NCBI GenBank assembly: GCA_964505155.1
Contig: CAZDGL010000002.1
Span: 26,064-90,063, forward strand
Length of the DNA stretch: 64,000 bases
Reading direction: 5' to 3'
Source: an uncultured Candidatus Saccharibacteria bacterium
GTDB lineage: Bacteria > Patescibacteriota > Minisyncoccia > Phycocordibacterales > UBA9973
The position numbers and the translations under genes were made by a program. Under the pieces are notes generated by a model, which saw nothing but the letters and a program-made list of their open reading frames with translations, was not told the DNA's origin and searched no databases. Shown piece by piece: positions 10,383 through 19,343 of the stretch (the stretch's first letter is position 1; the number at the start of each line of letters is the position of its first letter).

Positions 10383-11183
10383 ATGAGTAAGGCACTCGCT
10401 AAAAAAGGGGTTTCTGGTCTAGAAAAAAGCTCACCAGCTACAATTGTTGTTAGAATACTTGGAGCAACAATGGATAACCAAATCAAAAGACTTTTAAAGA
10501 TATTGGAAGAAAATAAGTCTAATGATGCTGTGGTATTCTGTGTGTTAAGTGGAATATTCTATGTTATTGCCAACAATGAAGAATCAAATCTCAATGAGCT
10601 CTTTGAACTAGGACATCATGGAGACGCCATGGAAGAACTTGATACTCTGATTGAAAGTTTAAAGCAGATTTTGACCAAAGACAATTATGGCGACTACCAT
10701 ATAGCCGTTATGCCTGGAGAAGAAATCAAAAAAGAAGATTTTTGGATTTATGTCTGGGATAAATTATTTTTAAGAGTTCTGGATGAGGCTTTTGTGACAC
10801 AGTACTATAAAGATCGAATGTTTATGAGAGTAAACATTGTTAACAAAGTTTTATCTATTACTTCACAGTACAATCTTTTTAATAAAGATTTGTTTTATAA
10901 AAAACATCTCAAAAAAGCTGTCTGTGAAAAAATAGATATTTATTATGTAAACGGGTTTTCAAACTCTGTAAACAAAATCTGGGATGCCGGCAGAGCCGCA
11001 TGGGAATATTTCATGAGAAAAATTGTACTGTTTAACCCTTCAATACCTGATATCGCCAAAAAAGATATCGAAAAGAGGTGGCGAGTCTGGTTTTTGCTTG
11101 AAGATAACTACAAGCAGACACAAAAGGTTGTAAAAAGAAAAGAGCTTTTAAAAGAGCTCGAAGCTTCCTTGAAACTCATTTAG
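10383..11183 (+). CDS. Hypothetical protein (orphan cassette)
   Basis: 266-aa ORF after TTGACT promoter at ~10322, back-to-back with previous cassette; hairpin ~11188-11220. Confidence 0.8.
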   Translation: MSKALAKKGVSGLEKSSPATIVVRILGATMDNQIKRLLKILEENKSNDAVVFCVLSGIFYVIANNEESNLNELFELGHHGDAMEELDTLIESLKQILTKDNYGDYHIAVMPGEEIKKEDFWIYVWDKLFLRVLDEAFVTQYYKDRMFMRVNIVNKVLSITSQYNLFNKDLFYKKHLKKAVCEKIDIYYVNGFSNSVNKIWDAGRAAWEYFMRKIVLFNPSIPDIAKKDIEKRWRVWFLLEDNYKQTQKVVKRKELLKELEASLKLI

Positions 11184-11219
11184 CTTAATGGGTAGGATAT
11201 AAACATCCTGCCCATTTTT

Positions 11220-11648
11220 TTATTTATGATGGTCTTTTACTTGCACCTCTAGCTCTTCGAGTTTGCGAGAAATAGCACTCACAGTGTGTTTGATGTCAGA
11301 AATGGTAGAAACTTCTGTCTTGACGTCATCTTCTGTAGCTTTGGCCAAACGCTTTTCAGCTCGAAGTCCTGAGAGGATAAGTTCATTACCGATAAAACTA
11401 GAGACAAATGCTCGAGTAACATACAAAACTAGGCATCCAGCTAAAAAAGATGCTGGCCCATCCCACCAAGGATGATCAAGCAGGCTAGTACTCCCTGTAG
11501 AATAATAATGATTTATATAAAGGTGAAATGTATCCACGCTATGCCACACTCCTCGCCAAAAAAGCACTATCCCGATACCTACTATAGTTGCATATAGATA
11601 TGAGTGGTGACTAAGGAAGATGTGAAAACGATTGAATATTTTGGTCAT
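11220..11648 (-). CDS. Membrane protein with C-terminal coiled coil
   Basis: Two hydrophobic segments (GIVLFWRGVW...) followed by heptad-like tail. Confidence 0.8.
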   Translation of the reverse strand: MTKIFNRFHIFLSHHSYLYATIVGIGIVLFWRGVWHSVDTFHLYINHYYSTGSTSLLDHPWWDGPASFLAGCLVLYVTRAFVSSFIGNELILSGLRAEKRLAKATEDDVKTEVSTISDIKHTVSAISRKLEELEVQVKDHHK

Positions 11649-11665
11649 AATATTTAATAATTATA

Positions 11666-12520
11666 TCATCTTTTATACCACTTAAATCCATCAGTTTCAA
11701 AGATTACCGCGCCTTCGGTTTGAGTCGAAAGATATGGCACGTTGAATTGTTTCAAAAGATTGAGGACTTCTTTGTGCGGGTGACCATATCTGTTGTTTTT
11801 GCCGGCGCTGATGAGAGCTAGGCTTGGGGTTGTGGCTTTGAGATATGCTGATGTTGTAGAAGTCCTTGAGCCATGGTGTCCAAGCTTCAAAATATCTACG
11901 TCAAGATTTTTTGATTCCTTTTTTGCTAAGTATTGCTCAATAGGCGCCGGTGAGTCCCCAGTAAAAAGAATGCTTCGCTTGCCTGAGACAAACTTCCCTA
12001 CCACTGAACCAGTATTGGTCTCCCATCCTCCTACATCTCTATCTGGAAAAAGTACTTCAAAGTATTCTGTGTCAGAGAAATTTATCTTCATCCCGCTCCT
12101 TAAAAAGTAAGCAGGTATCTTTTTGCTCTGAACCAACTTCATCAAGCTTTTATACTCCGCTGTTTCTCCTCCGACTTCTGAGGTGACAAAGACTCTGACT
12201 TTATATCTTTTCAAAACTTCATCAAGTCCACCGATATGATCCATGTCGGGGTGTGTCGCCAAGACTATATCGATACTTCTGTCATTCAAAGGCATGACCT
12301 TTGAGAGCTCTCCGAGGACTGTTGCGTCTTTGCCTCCATCTATAAGCATCTGCTTGCCATTGGTCGTTTGTATAAGAAAACTATCTCCTTGTCCGACATC
12401 AAGCATTGAGACCTTTGTTAAAGCAATCTCTGGCTTGGTATTTCTAGAGAGAAAAAGTCCGAGTCCAAGCAAAATACTGACTATGAGAAGCACTACGAGT
12501 CGAGAGAGCTTTTTGTTCAT
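11666..12520 (-). CDS. ComEC/Rec2-type metallo-beta-lactamase fold protein
   Basis: LDVGQGDS, THPDMDHIGG, FTGD, GHHGS, YGHPH motifs. Confidence 0.93.
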   Translation of the reverse strand: MNKKLSRLVVLLIVSILLGLGLFLSRNTKPEIALTKVSMLDVGQGDSFLIQTTNGKQMLIDGGKDATVLGELSKVMPLNDRSIDIVLATHPDMDHIGGLDEVLKRYKVRVFVTSEVGGETAEYKSLMKLVQSKKIPAYFLRSGMKINFSDTEYFEVLFPDRDVGGWETNTGSVVGKFVSGKRSILFTGDSPAPIEQYLAKKESKNLDVDILKLGHHGSRTSTTSAYLKATTPSLALISAGKNNRYGHPHKEVLNLLKQFNVPYLSTQTEGAVIFETDGFKWYKR

Positions 12521-12540
12521 ATTTTGAGTATACTAAAGCC
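12521..12540. promoter_or_regulatory. Bidirectional -10 box driving two probable leaderless mRNAs
   Basis: Palindromic AGTATACT; TATACT lies about 6-8 nt before the ATG on each strand. Confidence 0.65.
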
Positions 12541-13131
12541 ATGTTTACAGAACAAAAATTCAATATCCCAACATTGCACGGTATTAGCACAAAAACCATA
12601 GAAGAGCATGTGAAGCTCTATGCTGGCTATGTCAAAAATACAAATGCCATCATTGAAAAAATGAGCACAATAGATAGCGAAAAAGATGCTTATGCCTTAG
12701 GAGAACTCTTCCGCAGATTTAGCTTTGAGTACAATGGCATGCGCAACCATGAAGTGTATTTCTCTCTCTTTGAGGGTGGTGCAAAAGCTCTTGATCCAGA
12801 AAGTGCACTCGGCAAAACACTACTTGGACTATTCGGAAGTTATGAAAGATTTATCGAAGAATTCACTTCTCTTGCAACTACTCGCGGTATCGGCTGGGCA
12901 GTCCTCTGGTATGACAAAAAACAAAAGACTATCCTTGCGTCATGGGTAGATGAACAACACTTGGGCCAACTCAACGGTTGTGAAATGATTATCGGACTTG
13001 ATATGTGGGAGCACTCATATGTCGCAGATTATCAACCTTCTGGCAAAAAACAGTATGTTGCTGATTTCTTTGCAAATATTAACTGGTCAGTGGCTGAAAA
13101 ATATTTCTCAGATGCGCAAAGTAAAGCTTAA
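12541..13131 (+). CDS. sod: Fe/Mn superoxide dismutase family protein
   Basis: HVKLYAGYV, NHEVYF, GIGWA, LDMWEHSY. Confidence 0.92.
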   Translation: MFTEQKFNIPTLHGISTKTIEEHVKLYAGYVKNTNAIIEKMSTIDSEKDAYALGELFRRFSFEYNGMRNHEVYFSLFEGGAKALDPESALGKTLLGLFGSYERFIEEFTSLATTRGIGWAVLWYDKKQKTILASWVDEQHLGQLNGCEMIIGLDMWEHSYVADYQPSGKKQYVADFFANINWSVAEKYFSDAQSKA

Positions 13132-14536
13132 TGTTTTTTCGGAAAATTATAGTAAACAAAACTACATAAAAAGACACAACACACCAAGCCGGCAAGCTTG
13201 GTGTTTGCCATTGTGGGAATGTCGAGAGCGAGGTTAGAAGTTTTATCGTCATTTCACCTATCACTGAAGTAATGCCTCCAAAGATACCAGCTAAAAACGG
13301 TATGAAAGAAATTGCCAAAGTAACAAGTCCACCAAGCATCAAGACAGGGATAATAGGAACTAGAACAATGTTGGCAATTGGCGAAACCAGCGGGAAAAGA
13401 CCAGAGAAATACATCATATAAGGAAGCATAAAGATAGGAAGCCCAACAGCCAAAATAATAGTCTCTAGCAGATTTGTTTTCCATTTAGGTTTTATTTCAT
13501 CATCGCCAGCAAATTTATTTTTTAAAATTGGAAGGATTGTGATGATAAACAGCGTAGCCAAAAAAGATAAATGTAGTCCAGGATCAACGAACACAATCTT
13601 GGGGTTTAGGAAAAAGAAAAACAGTCCTGAGATGATGAGCGCTCGCAAGGCTTGATAGTTTTGAAGCGTCATGCCAGCAAAAAGCGCGATGCTCCCCATA
13701 ATCCCAGCACGCACTGCCGCTACTCCTGCTCCACTTATAAGCACGAGCCCAGCGATACCGACACCTATGAGAACTGTCTTTATTCGAAATGGAAATCGTC
13801 TAAGCAACAGACCAAGGAATCCCGCCAAAACCGTGATGTTGTAACCAGAGAGCACCAAGGTATGTAGCGTCCCAGTATCTCGAAAAATATCCGAGAGGTA
13901 TTTGGGTATAGCGCCTTGAAATCCAACCAACATCCCCGCTACTATACCGTCTACCGGAAAGACTATGTGTCTAGATAAGGTACTAGCAATGAAGATGCGA
14001 GTTTGTGTTGCCAATCTTGTAAAAGAAAAGCTTCCAATTTCTACCAGACTAATTGTCGGACGACGCATGACTGCTTCCACTCCTCTACTTTCTAGATAGC
14101 CATCATAATCAAAAGTGCGCCCTGTCTCAGTCACAAAATCTTCTGGCTTCTCTACTATTCCTCGTACTGAGACTTTGTCTCCTGGCAAAAAGTTGGTCTC
14201 GCTATAAAGTGTAGCTTGCACATCAAAGTTTTCTTGATCTACCTTTAGAACCAAAAGCTCTCTATCAAGCCTTTGGTCTACGCTTTTGATGACACCCGTA
14301 AAAGCTCTGTTGCCAAATTCTATCTGTGGCTTTTCTACTACCCATAAACGCAAAGCTCCCAAACAAATGCTCATCAAGATAGCAAGTCCCAAGACCAAAG
14401 CCTTGCGACTACGAAAATACAAAACAAAAAACGCCCCCAAAAGAGCGCCCACCAAAACAACTTCCAAAATAGAAAATCCAAAGCTATGAAAAAGTACTGC
14501 CCCAAGCAACAAACTAATACAAAAAAGTATTAACAT
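13079..14536 (-). CDS. comEC: ComEC/Rec2 competence membrane channel (core domain)
   Basis: FDYDGYL, GTLHTLVLSGYNI, VRAGIMG, LSFLAT; many TM helices. Confidence 0.93.
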   Translation of the reverse strand: MLILFCISLLLGAVLFHSFGFSILEVVLVGALLGAFFVLYFRSRKALVLGLAILMSICLGALRLWVVEKPQIEFGNRAFTGVIKSVDQRLDRELLVLKVDQENFDVQATLYSETNFLPGDKVSVRGIVEKPEDFVTETGRTFDYDGYLESRGVEAVMRRPTISLVEIGSFSFTRLATQTRIFIASTLSRHIVFPVDGIVAGMLVGFQGAIPKYLSDIFRDTGTLHTLVLSGYNITVLAGFLGLLLRRFPFRIKTVLIGVGIAGLVLISGAGVAAVRAGIMGSIALFAGMTLQNYQALRALIISGLFFFFLNPKIVFVDPGLHLSFLATLFIITILPILKNKFAGDDEIKPKWKTNLLETIILAVGLPIFMLPYMMYFSGLFPLVSPIANIVLVPIIPVLMLGGLVTLAISFIPFLAGIFGGITSVIGEMTIKLLTSLSTFPQWQTPSLPAWCVVSFYVVLFTIIFRKNIKLYFAHLRNIFQPLTS

Positions 14537-14553
14537 TTTTAAATTATACGAAG

Positions 14554-14595
14554 TTTGACAAAACTTTTCAAAAGGTTAGGATGAGAGAAAAAAAT
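14554..14595 (+). promoter_or_regulatory. Repeated promoter module copy 1
   Basis: tttgacaaaacttttcaaaaggttaggatgagagaaaaaa; TTGACA-16-TAGGAT. Confidence 0.75.
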
Positions 14596-14919
14596 ATGAG
14601 CGATCCTTTAAGTGAAAATCTGAGAGAAGAGAAATTTAATGAGTTGTATCTAAATTATCTTCACAATCTCTTGCTGTACATAGAAATTGATTCAGTACAA
14701 AACCAAATCAATTTCTATGAATCTCTGATTGAAGTTGCCAAGGCAAAACCAACCCCTCACTTTATTGACCAAAAGATTGCTCGATTAAGAGCACTTAGGC
14801 GTGGTGACAGTAATGAGTGGTCTTCTTTATCAAAAGAGATACACGAGGGGTGTGTTGAAGAAAAACTTCTTAACATCTTCAAAAGAGTTAGCAAAAACAA
14901 ATTTGAGGAAAAACAGTGA
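14596..14919 (+). CDS. Hypothetical protein (array cassette 1)
   Basis: ORF starting at ATG 14596 after repeated promoter. Confidence 0.7.
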   Translation: MSDPLSENLREEKFNELYLNYLHNLLLYIEIDSVQNQINFYESLIEVAKAKPTPHFIDQKIARLRALRRGDSNEWSSLSKEIHEGCVEEKLLNIFKRVSKNKFEEKQ

Positions 14920-14946
14920 GACATCACAAATTTCTCGTTTAAACCA

Positions 14947-15021
14947 AAACCGGATAAAACCGGTTTTTTCATTTGGTTTGACAAAATTTTTCAAAAAGGT
15001 AGGATGAAGAAAAAATAAAAT
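14947..15021 (+). repeat. Repeated terminator + promoter module copy 2
   Basis: aaaaccggataaaaccggtttttt then tttgacaaaatttttcaaaaaggtaggatgaagaaaaaataaaa. Confidence 0.85.
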
Positions 15022-15837
15022 ATGGTTAGAAAAAAACAAACAGAGCTTCACCGGCTGTGTATGTTTTACCCAGACCAGATGAAAGCAAGTGGAATCAAAA
15101 CATTCCAAGACCTAAAAAACAAGTTCATTAAAAATGGAAAATTTGTTCGTTTTTACGACAATAGCTTCAGACGTTATAAGCTGTGTAATTTTAATATTGC
15201 AGTTGCAGAATTATTGTTAGAAAAAAGATGTATCTCAAAAACAGAACGTTTGAAACAAAGCTCCTTGTATAGTTATCGCATTAGCGGTTGGAATCACAGA
15301 TTCTTCAAAAAGCATGGGCTTACTTATTTGGGAGAAGCAATAGATAGATGTATTGATAAAAAAGGGTCTTTCAAACCTATAGGTGGAAAAGATACCGCTA
15401 TCGCTACAAACCATCGCATCGCTGAAATACTAAATCAAACAGGCTTCCTTTCTGAAAAAGAGTTTTTAAAAGTTAGAAGACCTATATGGAAAAACCGAAA
15501 GTTAACAGATAAAGAACTTGGTGAATCAAAAGATGTCGTGGTCAATATTTCTAAATGGCCTTATGACACAAAAAGAATACTGAGTGTTCTCTGGAAACGG
15601 CGGCACAACTTCTCTTGGGATCGATACCAAACACCAACACCTGAAATAAAATCTGTAACTATTGGTTTTTTGGCAGAGGAGTTTATTCGCATTACTCCCT
15701 ATGACGATATACCTATATTTAAATCGAGAGGGCACAGACTAAATCATGCTTTTGCTCCCACTTGGACTGATAGAAACTTAGATGAAGCATTAGAAATCGT
15801 AGAGAAGACATTAAGAGAAAATAATCTACTTCCTTAA
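15022..15837 (+). CDS. Basic hypothetical protein with 2-3 internal repeats, possibly degenerate alpha-CTD/HhH-like (array cassette 2)
   Basis: Repeats such as MKASGIKTFQDL...VAELLLEKRCIS and FKKHGLTYLGEA...IAEILNQTGFLS. Confidence 0.7.
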   Translation: MVRKKQTELHRLCMFYPDQMKASGIKTFQDLKNKFIKNGKFVRFYDNSFRRYKLCNFNIAVAELLLEKRCISKTERLKQSSLYSYRISGWNHRFFKKHGLTYLGEAIDRCIDKKGSFKPIGGKDTAIATNHRIAEILNQTGFLSEKEFLKVRRPIWKNRKLTDKELGESKDVVVNISKWPYDTKRILSVLWKRRHNFSWDRYQTPTPEIKSVTIGFLAEEFIRITPYDDIPIFKSRGHRLNHAFAPTWTDRNLDEALEIVEKTLRENNLLP

Positions 15838-15910
15838 AAAACCGGCTAAAACCGGTTTTTGTTTTATTTGACAAAGTTTCTCAAAAAGGTAGGATGAAGG
15901 AAAAATAAAA
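15837..15910 (+). repeat. Repeated terminator + promoter module copy 3
   Basis: aaaaccggctaaaaccggttttt then tttgacaaagtttctcaaaaaggtaggatgaaggaaaaataaaa. Confidence 0.85.
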
Positions 15911-16291
15911 ATGAGTACAATCAAGTATTTTAGTTTTGAGAAAAAATTAAAAGATATTGGCCTTAAAATGACCGATATTATAGCTCGGGTGACGATCGGC
16001 GAAAATGATATGGAGGAGACTCGGCTTAGCGTATCTATTGTTGGTGAGCATGGTGAAAGTGTTGTTTACTGCTCTGAATCAATAGGAGCAAATGTTTACG
16101 TAAATGGTGCTGATGACCTGCACAATCTGATGTATAGGCTTCATCAAATCATGCTAAACAACCTTGTTTGTCTTAATCCTTCTTCCCAAGAACCACAGAT
16201 TATTGAATGGTCTTCGGAAAAAAATGGTTATTTCAAAAAAAGACCAGCATTGAATGAAGAAATCATTCGCCTGCGAAAATTCTACACCTAA
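15911..16291 (+). CDS. Hypothetical protein (array cassette 3)
   Basis: 126-aa ORF after repeated promoter; hairpin atactccgc-attt-tgcggagtat follows. Confidence 0.75.
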   Translation: MSTIKYFSFEKKLKDIGLKMTDIIARVTIGENDMEETRLSVSIVGEHGESVVYCSESIGANVYVNGADDLHNLMYRLHQIMLNNLVCLNPSSQEPQIIEWSSEKNGYFKKRPALNEEIIRLRKFYT

Positions 16292-16324
16292 TTTACATAC
16301 TCCGCATTTTGCGGAGTATTTTTT

Positions 16325-17050
16325 TTATAAAAGTGTTTTGAGTGTATAGTCTTGAACCAAGCTAGTTTCCTCACCCTTTGAAAACACCTTTTGGTATTTT
16401 GCACCCTTTTTGCCTTTGACTCGTCTTTCACACTCTGCCCACGTTTTGTCCGCATACACCTTGCCATCAACTAGTGAAACATATGAATAAGCCGGGCCAG
16501 TTGTTTTTGACTTTTTCTTAGGAGAAGCTTTTTTTAGAGTCGTGCCAATATCCAAAAGAAATTTATCATAATCTTTTTGAGAGCCTTTGAAGAGCTGTTG
16601 TTTTTTGTGGAGCGCAGCATTGACCGCCAACTCATCACAGCGCTCATTGTAAAGCTCACCACCGTGGCCTTTGACCTTTTCTATGGAGAGTCTTTTGCCG
16701 TATTCTTTGAGGAGCGCCAAAAGCTTCACCCAGATATCTTTGTTTTCTACCGGAGTCTTGGTACTTGTGATCCAGCCTTTTTTCTCCCAACCCCAAATCC
16801 AAGAGTTCAGACCGTTTACTACATAAGCACTGTCAGAATAGACAATCACAGAGCCTTTATGAGCTCGAGCTGCACTATCAGAGAGCACCTCTAGCACTGC
16901 CTGAAGCTCCATTTGGTTGTTCGTGGCTTTCTTTGAAGCTCCGGCTATTTCCATTGCATAGTCTTGTACCAAAATAACTGCCCCCCACCCTCCCGGACCA
17001 GGATTCCCTCTCGACGCTCCATCTGTATAGACAATCAGTTTGTTTTTCAT
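16325..17050 (-). CDS. rnhA: Ribonuclease HI with C-terminal hybrid-binding (viroplasmin-like) domain
   Basis: YTDGASRGNPGPGGWG, TNNQMEL, SDSAY, VKGH, NERCD; C-terminal TWAECERRVKG. Confidence 0.95.
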   Translation of the reverse strand: MKNKLIVYTDGASRGNPGPGGWGAVILVQDYAMEIAGASKKATNNQMELQAVLEVLSDSAARAHKGSVIVYSDSAYVVNGLNSWIWGWEKKGWITSTKTPVENKDIWVKLLALLKEYGKRLSIEKVKGHGGELYNERCDELAVNAALHKKQQLFKGSQKDYDKFLLDIGTTLKKASPKKKSKTTGPAYSYVSLVDGKVYADKTWAECERRVKGKKGAKYQKVFSKGEETSLVQDYTLKTLL

Positions 17051-17093
17051 TGTTTGATTATAACAAAAAACCCTCCTAAAAGGAGGGTTAAGA

Positions 17094-17693
17094 TTATTTT
17101 ACCTTAAAGAAAAAGGTGTCACCAACAAAGCCTGGAGCTTCATCTGCAAAAATCAACGGATAAACACTTAGTTTAAAATTTGCAGGAGTGAAATTAAACT
17201 CAGGGGCACCCCCATCATTTCTATCGGTGTAGCAAAAACGATAGAGGAAGATGTTGTTAAAAACTTTTTTCCAGCCATTAGGAATGACAAAAAAAGAAAA
17301 AGCTTTCTTAGAATTTAAATTAAGAAAAAGGCTTTTCAGATACTCTTCATTACTATTAAAGATCTGGTTAAGTCTTGCTTCTTCAAAAGTAAATTCCATA
17401 GAGCATCTTTCTCTTGAAAGACCATTGTTTAATTCATAAATTAAGTCTGAAAGCCTAAGGTTTTTTAAAAGTTTAACCTTATGGTGCTCATGGTTTATTT
17501 TCCTTGATTCAATTTTAGAAGCTTCTAATTCAACTTCTTCTGCCCCTGCTGATCTAAACCTCCAATCAAAATAGATTTGATCAAATTTTAGAGGAACACC
17601 ATTGATTATTCTTTCTGGTAAATAGTTTTGTGTTTTGTATTTATTTAGATTAAAACTAACACAATCAATAAATAACTCGTTATTAAATTCCAT
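17094..17693 (-). CDS. Hypothetical protein (orphan cassette)
   Basis: 199-aa AT-rich ORF, TTGACA promoter near 17710-17737, hairpin ~17068-17090. Confidence 0.75.
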   Translation of the reverse strand: MEFNNELFIDCVSFNLNKYKTQNYLPERIINGVPLKFDQIYFDWRFRSAGAEEVELEASKIESRKINHEHHKVKLLKNLRLSDLIYELNNGLSRERCSMEFTFEEARLNQIFNSNEEYLKSLFLNLNSKKAFSFFVIPNGWKKVFNNIFLYRFCYTDRNDGGAPEFNFTPANFKLSVYPLIFADEAPGFVGDTFFFKVK

Positions 17694-17760
17694 AATAGAA
17701 GTTTTTTCTATAATACAAGAATGTATGTATATGTCAAATTTGTATATGCACCCTCACTGC

Positions 17761-17811
17761 GTTGGCCCAGGATTCCTTCTCGACGCTCCGTCTGTATAAA
17801 CAATCAGTTTG
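17761..17811 (-). pseudogene. Ghost copy of rnhA 5' coding end
   Basis: 17767-17811 is 42/45 identical to 16998-17042; reads KLIVYTDGASRRNPGP. Confidence 0.88.
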
Positions 17812-17849
17812 ACAAAAAAGGTTCTTAAGGTAATATCAAGAAAAAACTT

Positions 17850-18154
17850 ATGCCTAAAAAATAAATTTTGGACTTGGAGACGTTATAGCCCAAACTAGAA
17901 AAGATAAAAATCTACTAGCAGAAGAAGTGGCTAGAAAAACCAAAATATGTGCTCCTTATTTGTCCTCGATAGAAAATAGCAGAAAGAAACCTTCTATCAA
18001 GGCGCTTAAAAGGCTTTCGAAAGTATTGGGCACAACTCCAGAGAAACTTTTGTTTGCTTGGTGGAGACATAACAATCCCAAAAAGTCTTATAACCTAAGA
18101 CAACAAATAGGGATACAAAATATCTTGAAAGAGGTTTTGGAGGTTATTAGCTAG
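17850..18154 (+). pseudogene. XRE-family HTH regulator, frameshifted in an A6 tract
   Basis: ATG CCT AAA AAA TAA; one extra A joins to INFGLGDVIAQTRKDKNLLAEEVARKTKICAPYLSSIENSRKKPS (HTH_3-like). Confidence 0.75.
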
Positions 18155-18215
18155 TTTTTAGTATAACAAAAAACCGCTCATAGAGCGGTTTTAATTATTG
18201 ACCTTAAAATACTAA

Positions 18216-19226
18216 TCACCTAAGTTCTCTTCTGGCATTAGCAAGAGCACTTACTGTTTCATGATTTATTTCAGATATCTTTAAGTCTAGCTGTAATGTT
18301 TTTTTCATTGAAGAAACTAATCGAAAACAAACTTCTTCTAAACTCTGAGACAATTCTAGGATTTGGAAAAACTCGTCATAACTAAACCAAAGGTAAGGGT
18401 TTTTTATATCAATAGATCTATGATTGACCCTAACTCCGATATAAGTAAAAGCGAGATTGATGTTTTCCTTGTCAAAAGTCTCCCCTTTTAATTCACCTAT
18501 AAAAAAATCTTTATAGATACTTATTAAGTCTTCTGGGCGATCTGTATTATCCTCAAAACTTAATACCCTTTCTTTGATTCCTAATCTTTTAGAGGGCATT
18601 TTTAAGTTTAGACTACTTATAAATTGTTTGTAGTTTTTAGGGAGAAATGGAATCGAGTTTTCATCAAAAGATTTTTCAAAGCTATCTGTAGGGTAAATGG
18701 ATGCAATCTGTTTAAACATGGCGATATTAGCCTGAAACATTTCTTCAATCCTTTGATCAAAAATACTTGTTCTCATTGAGTTGTTATGGCAGGAGATTGT
18801 TAAGTCTTTAATTTTAGAAAAAAAGAAAATCTTTATAAGATTAATTATATCCCTTGTATAATCACTCAAAAATCCTCTATTTTCTAAAAAAAGAAAAAGT
18901 TTAGCATTTGGGGCTTTTTCTTCTAGATATCTAAAATTTTCTTTTACAACCTTAGTGTCAAAAGGAAGCTTGATATTACAACCTAAACCACAGCCAATTT
19001 CTTCTATACCAAAAGAGAACCTTTTTAAGTCAACAAGAAGTTCAGATATATCGCTTTGCAACGAAAACACTACTTCATCTTTTTTAAACTTGTTCTTAAG
19101 CTTACTTGTAGCTTCAAACATTAAATCATAGTATGGCCCGCTATTTGGTCCAGATACAACATGGGGACAAGTAGGGCACTTTGCTTTACAGCCCTTAGAT
19201 CCATAGTTGAGTATTTCTATCTGCAT
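18216..19226 (-). CDS. Divergent radical-SAM-like protein
   Basis: N-terminal CxxxCxxC (GCKAKCPTC); remainder unrecognisable; TTGACA promoter near 19284. Confidence 0.6.
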   Translation of the reverse strand: MQIEILNYGSKGCKAKCPTCPHVVSGPNSGPYYDLMFEATSKLKNKFKKDEVVFSLQSDISELLVDLKRFSFGIEEIGCGLGCNIKLPFDTKVVKENFRYLEEKAPNAKLFLFLENRGFLSDYTRDIINLIKIFFFSKIKDLTISCHNNSMRTSIFDQRIEEMFQANIAMFKQIASIYPTDSFEKSFDENSIPFLPKNYKQFISSLNLKMPSKRLGIKERVLSFEDNTDRPEDLISIYKDFFIGELKGETFDKENINLAFTYIGVRVNHRSIDIKNPYLWFSYDEFFQILELSQSLEEVCFRLVSSMKKTLQLDLKISEINHETVSALANARRELR

Positions 19227-19343
19227 AATATTATATTTTAAAGTTAAAGAATTTAACTTTAAAATATAATATTACAATTACTATGTCAAGGATACCGAGT
19301 AAATCACCATCCTTGAGTAATCTAAATTTTTAACCTAAAAAAC

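Noticed and set aside
14554-15910. Repeats as CRISPR array or integron attC sites
   Set aside because: Spacers are whole genes, no cas genes, and no RYYYAAC...GTTRRRY attC structure.
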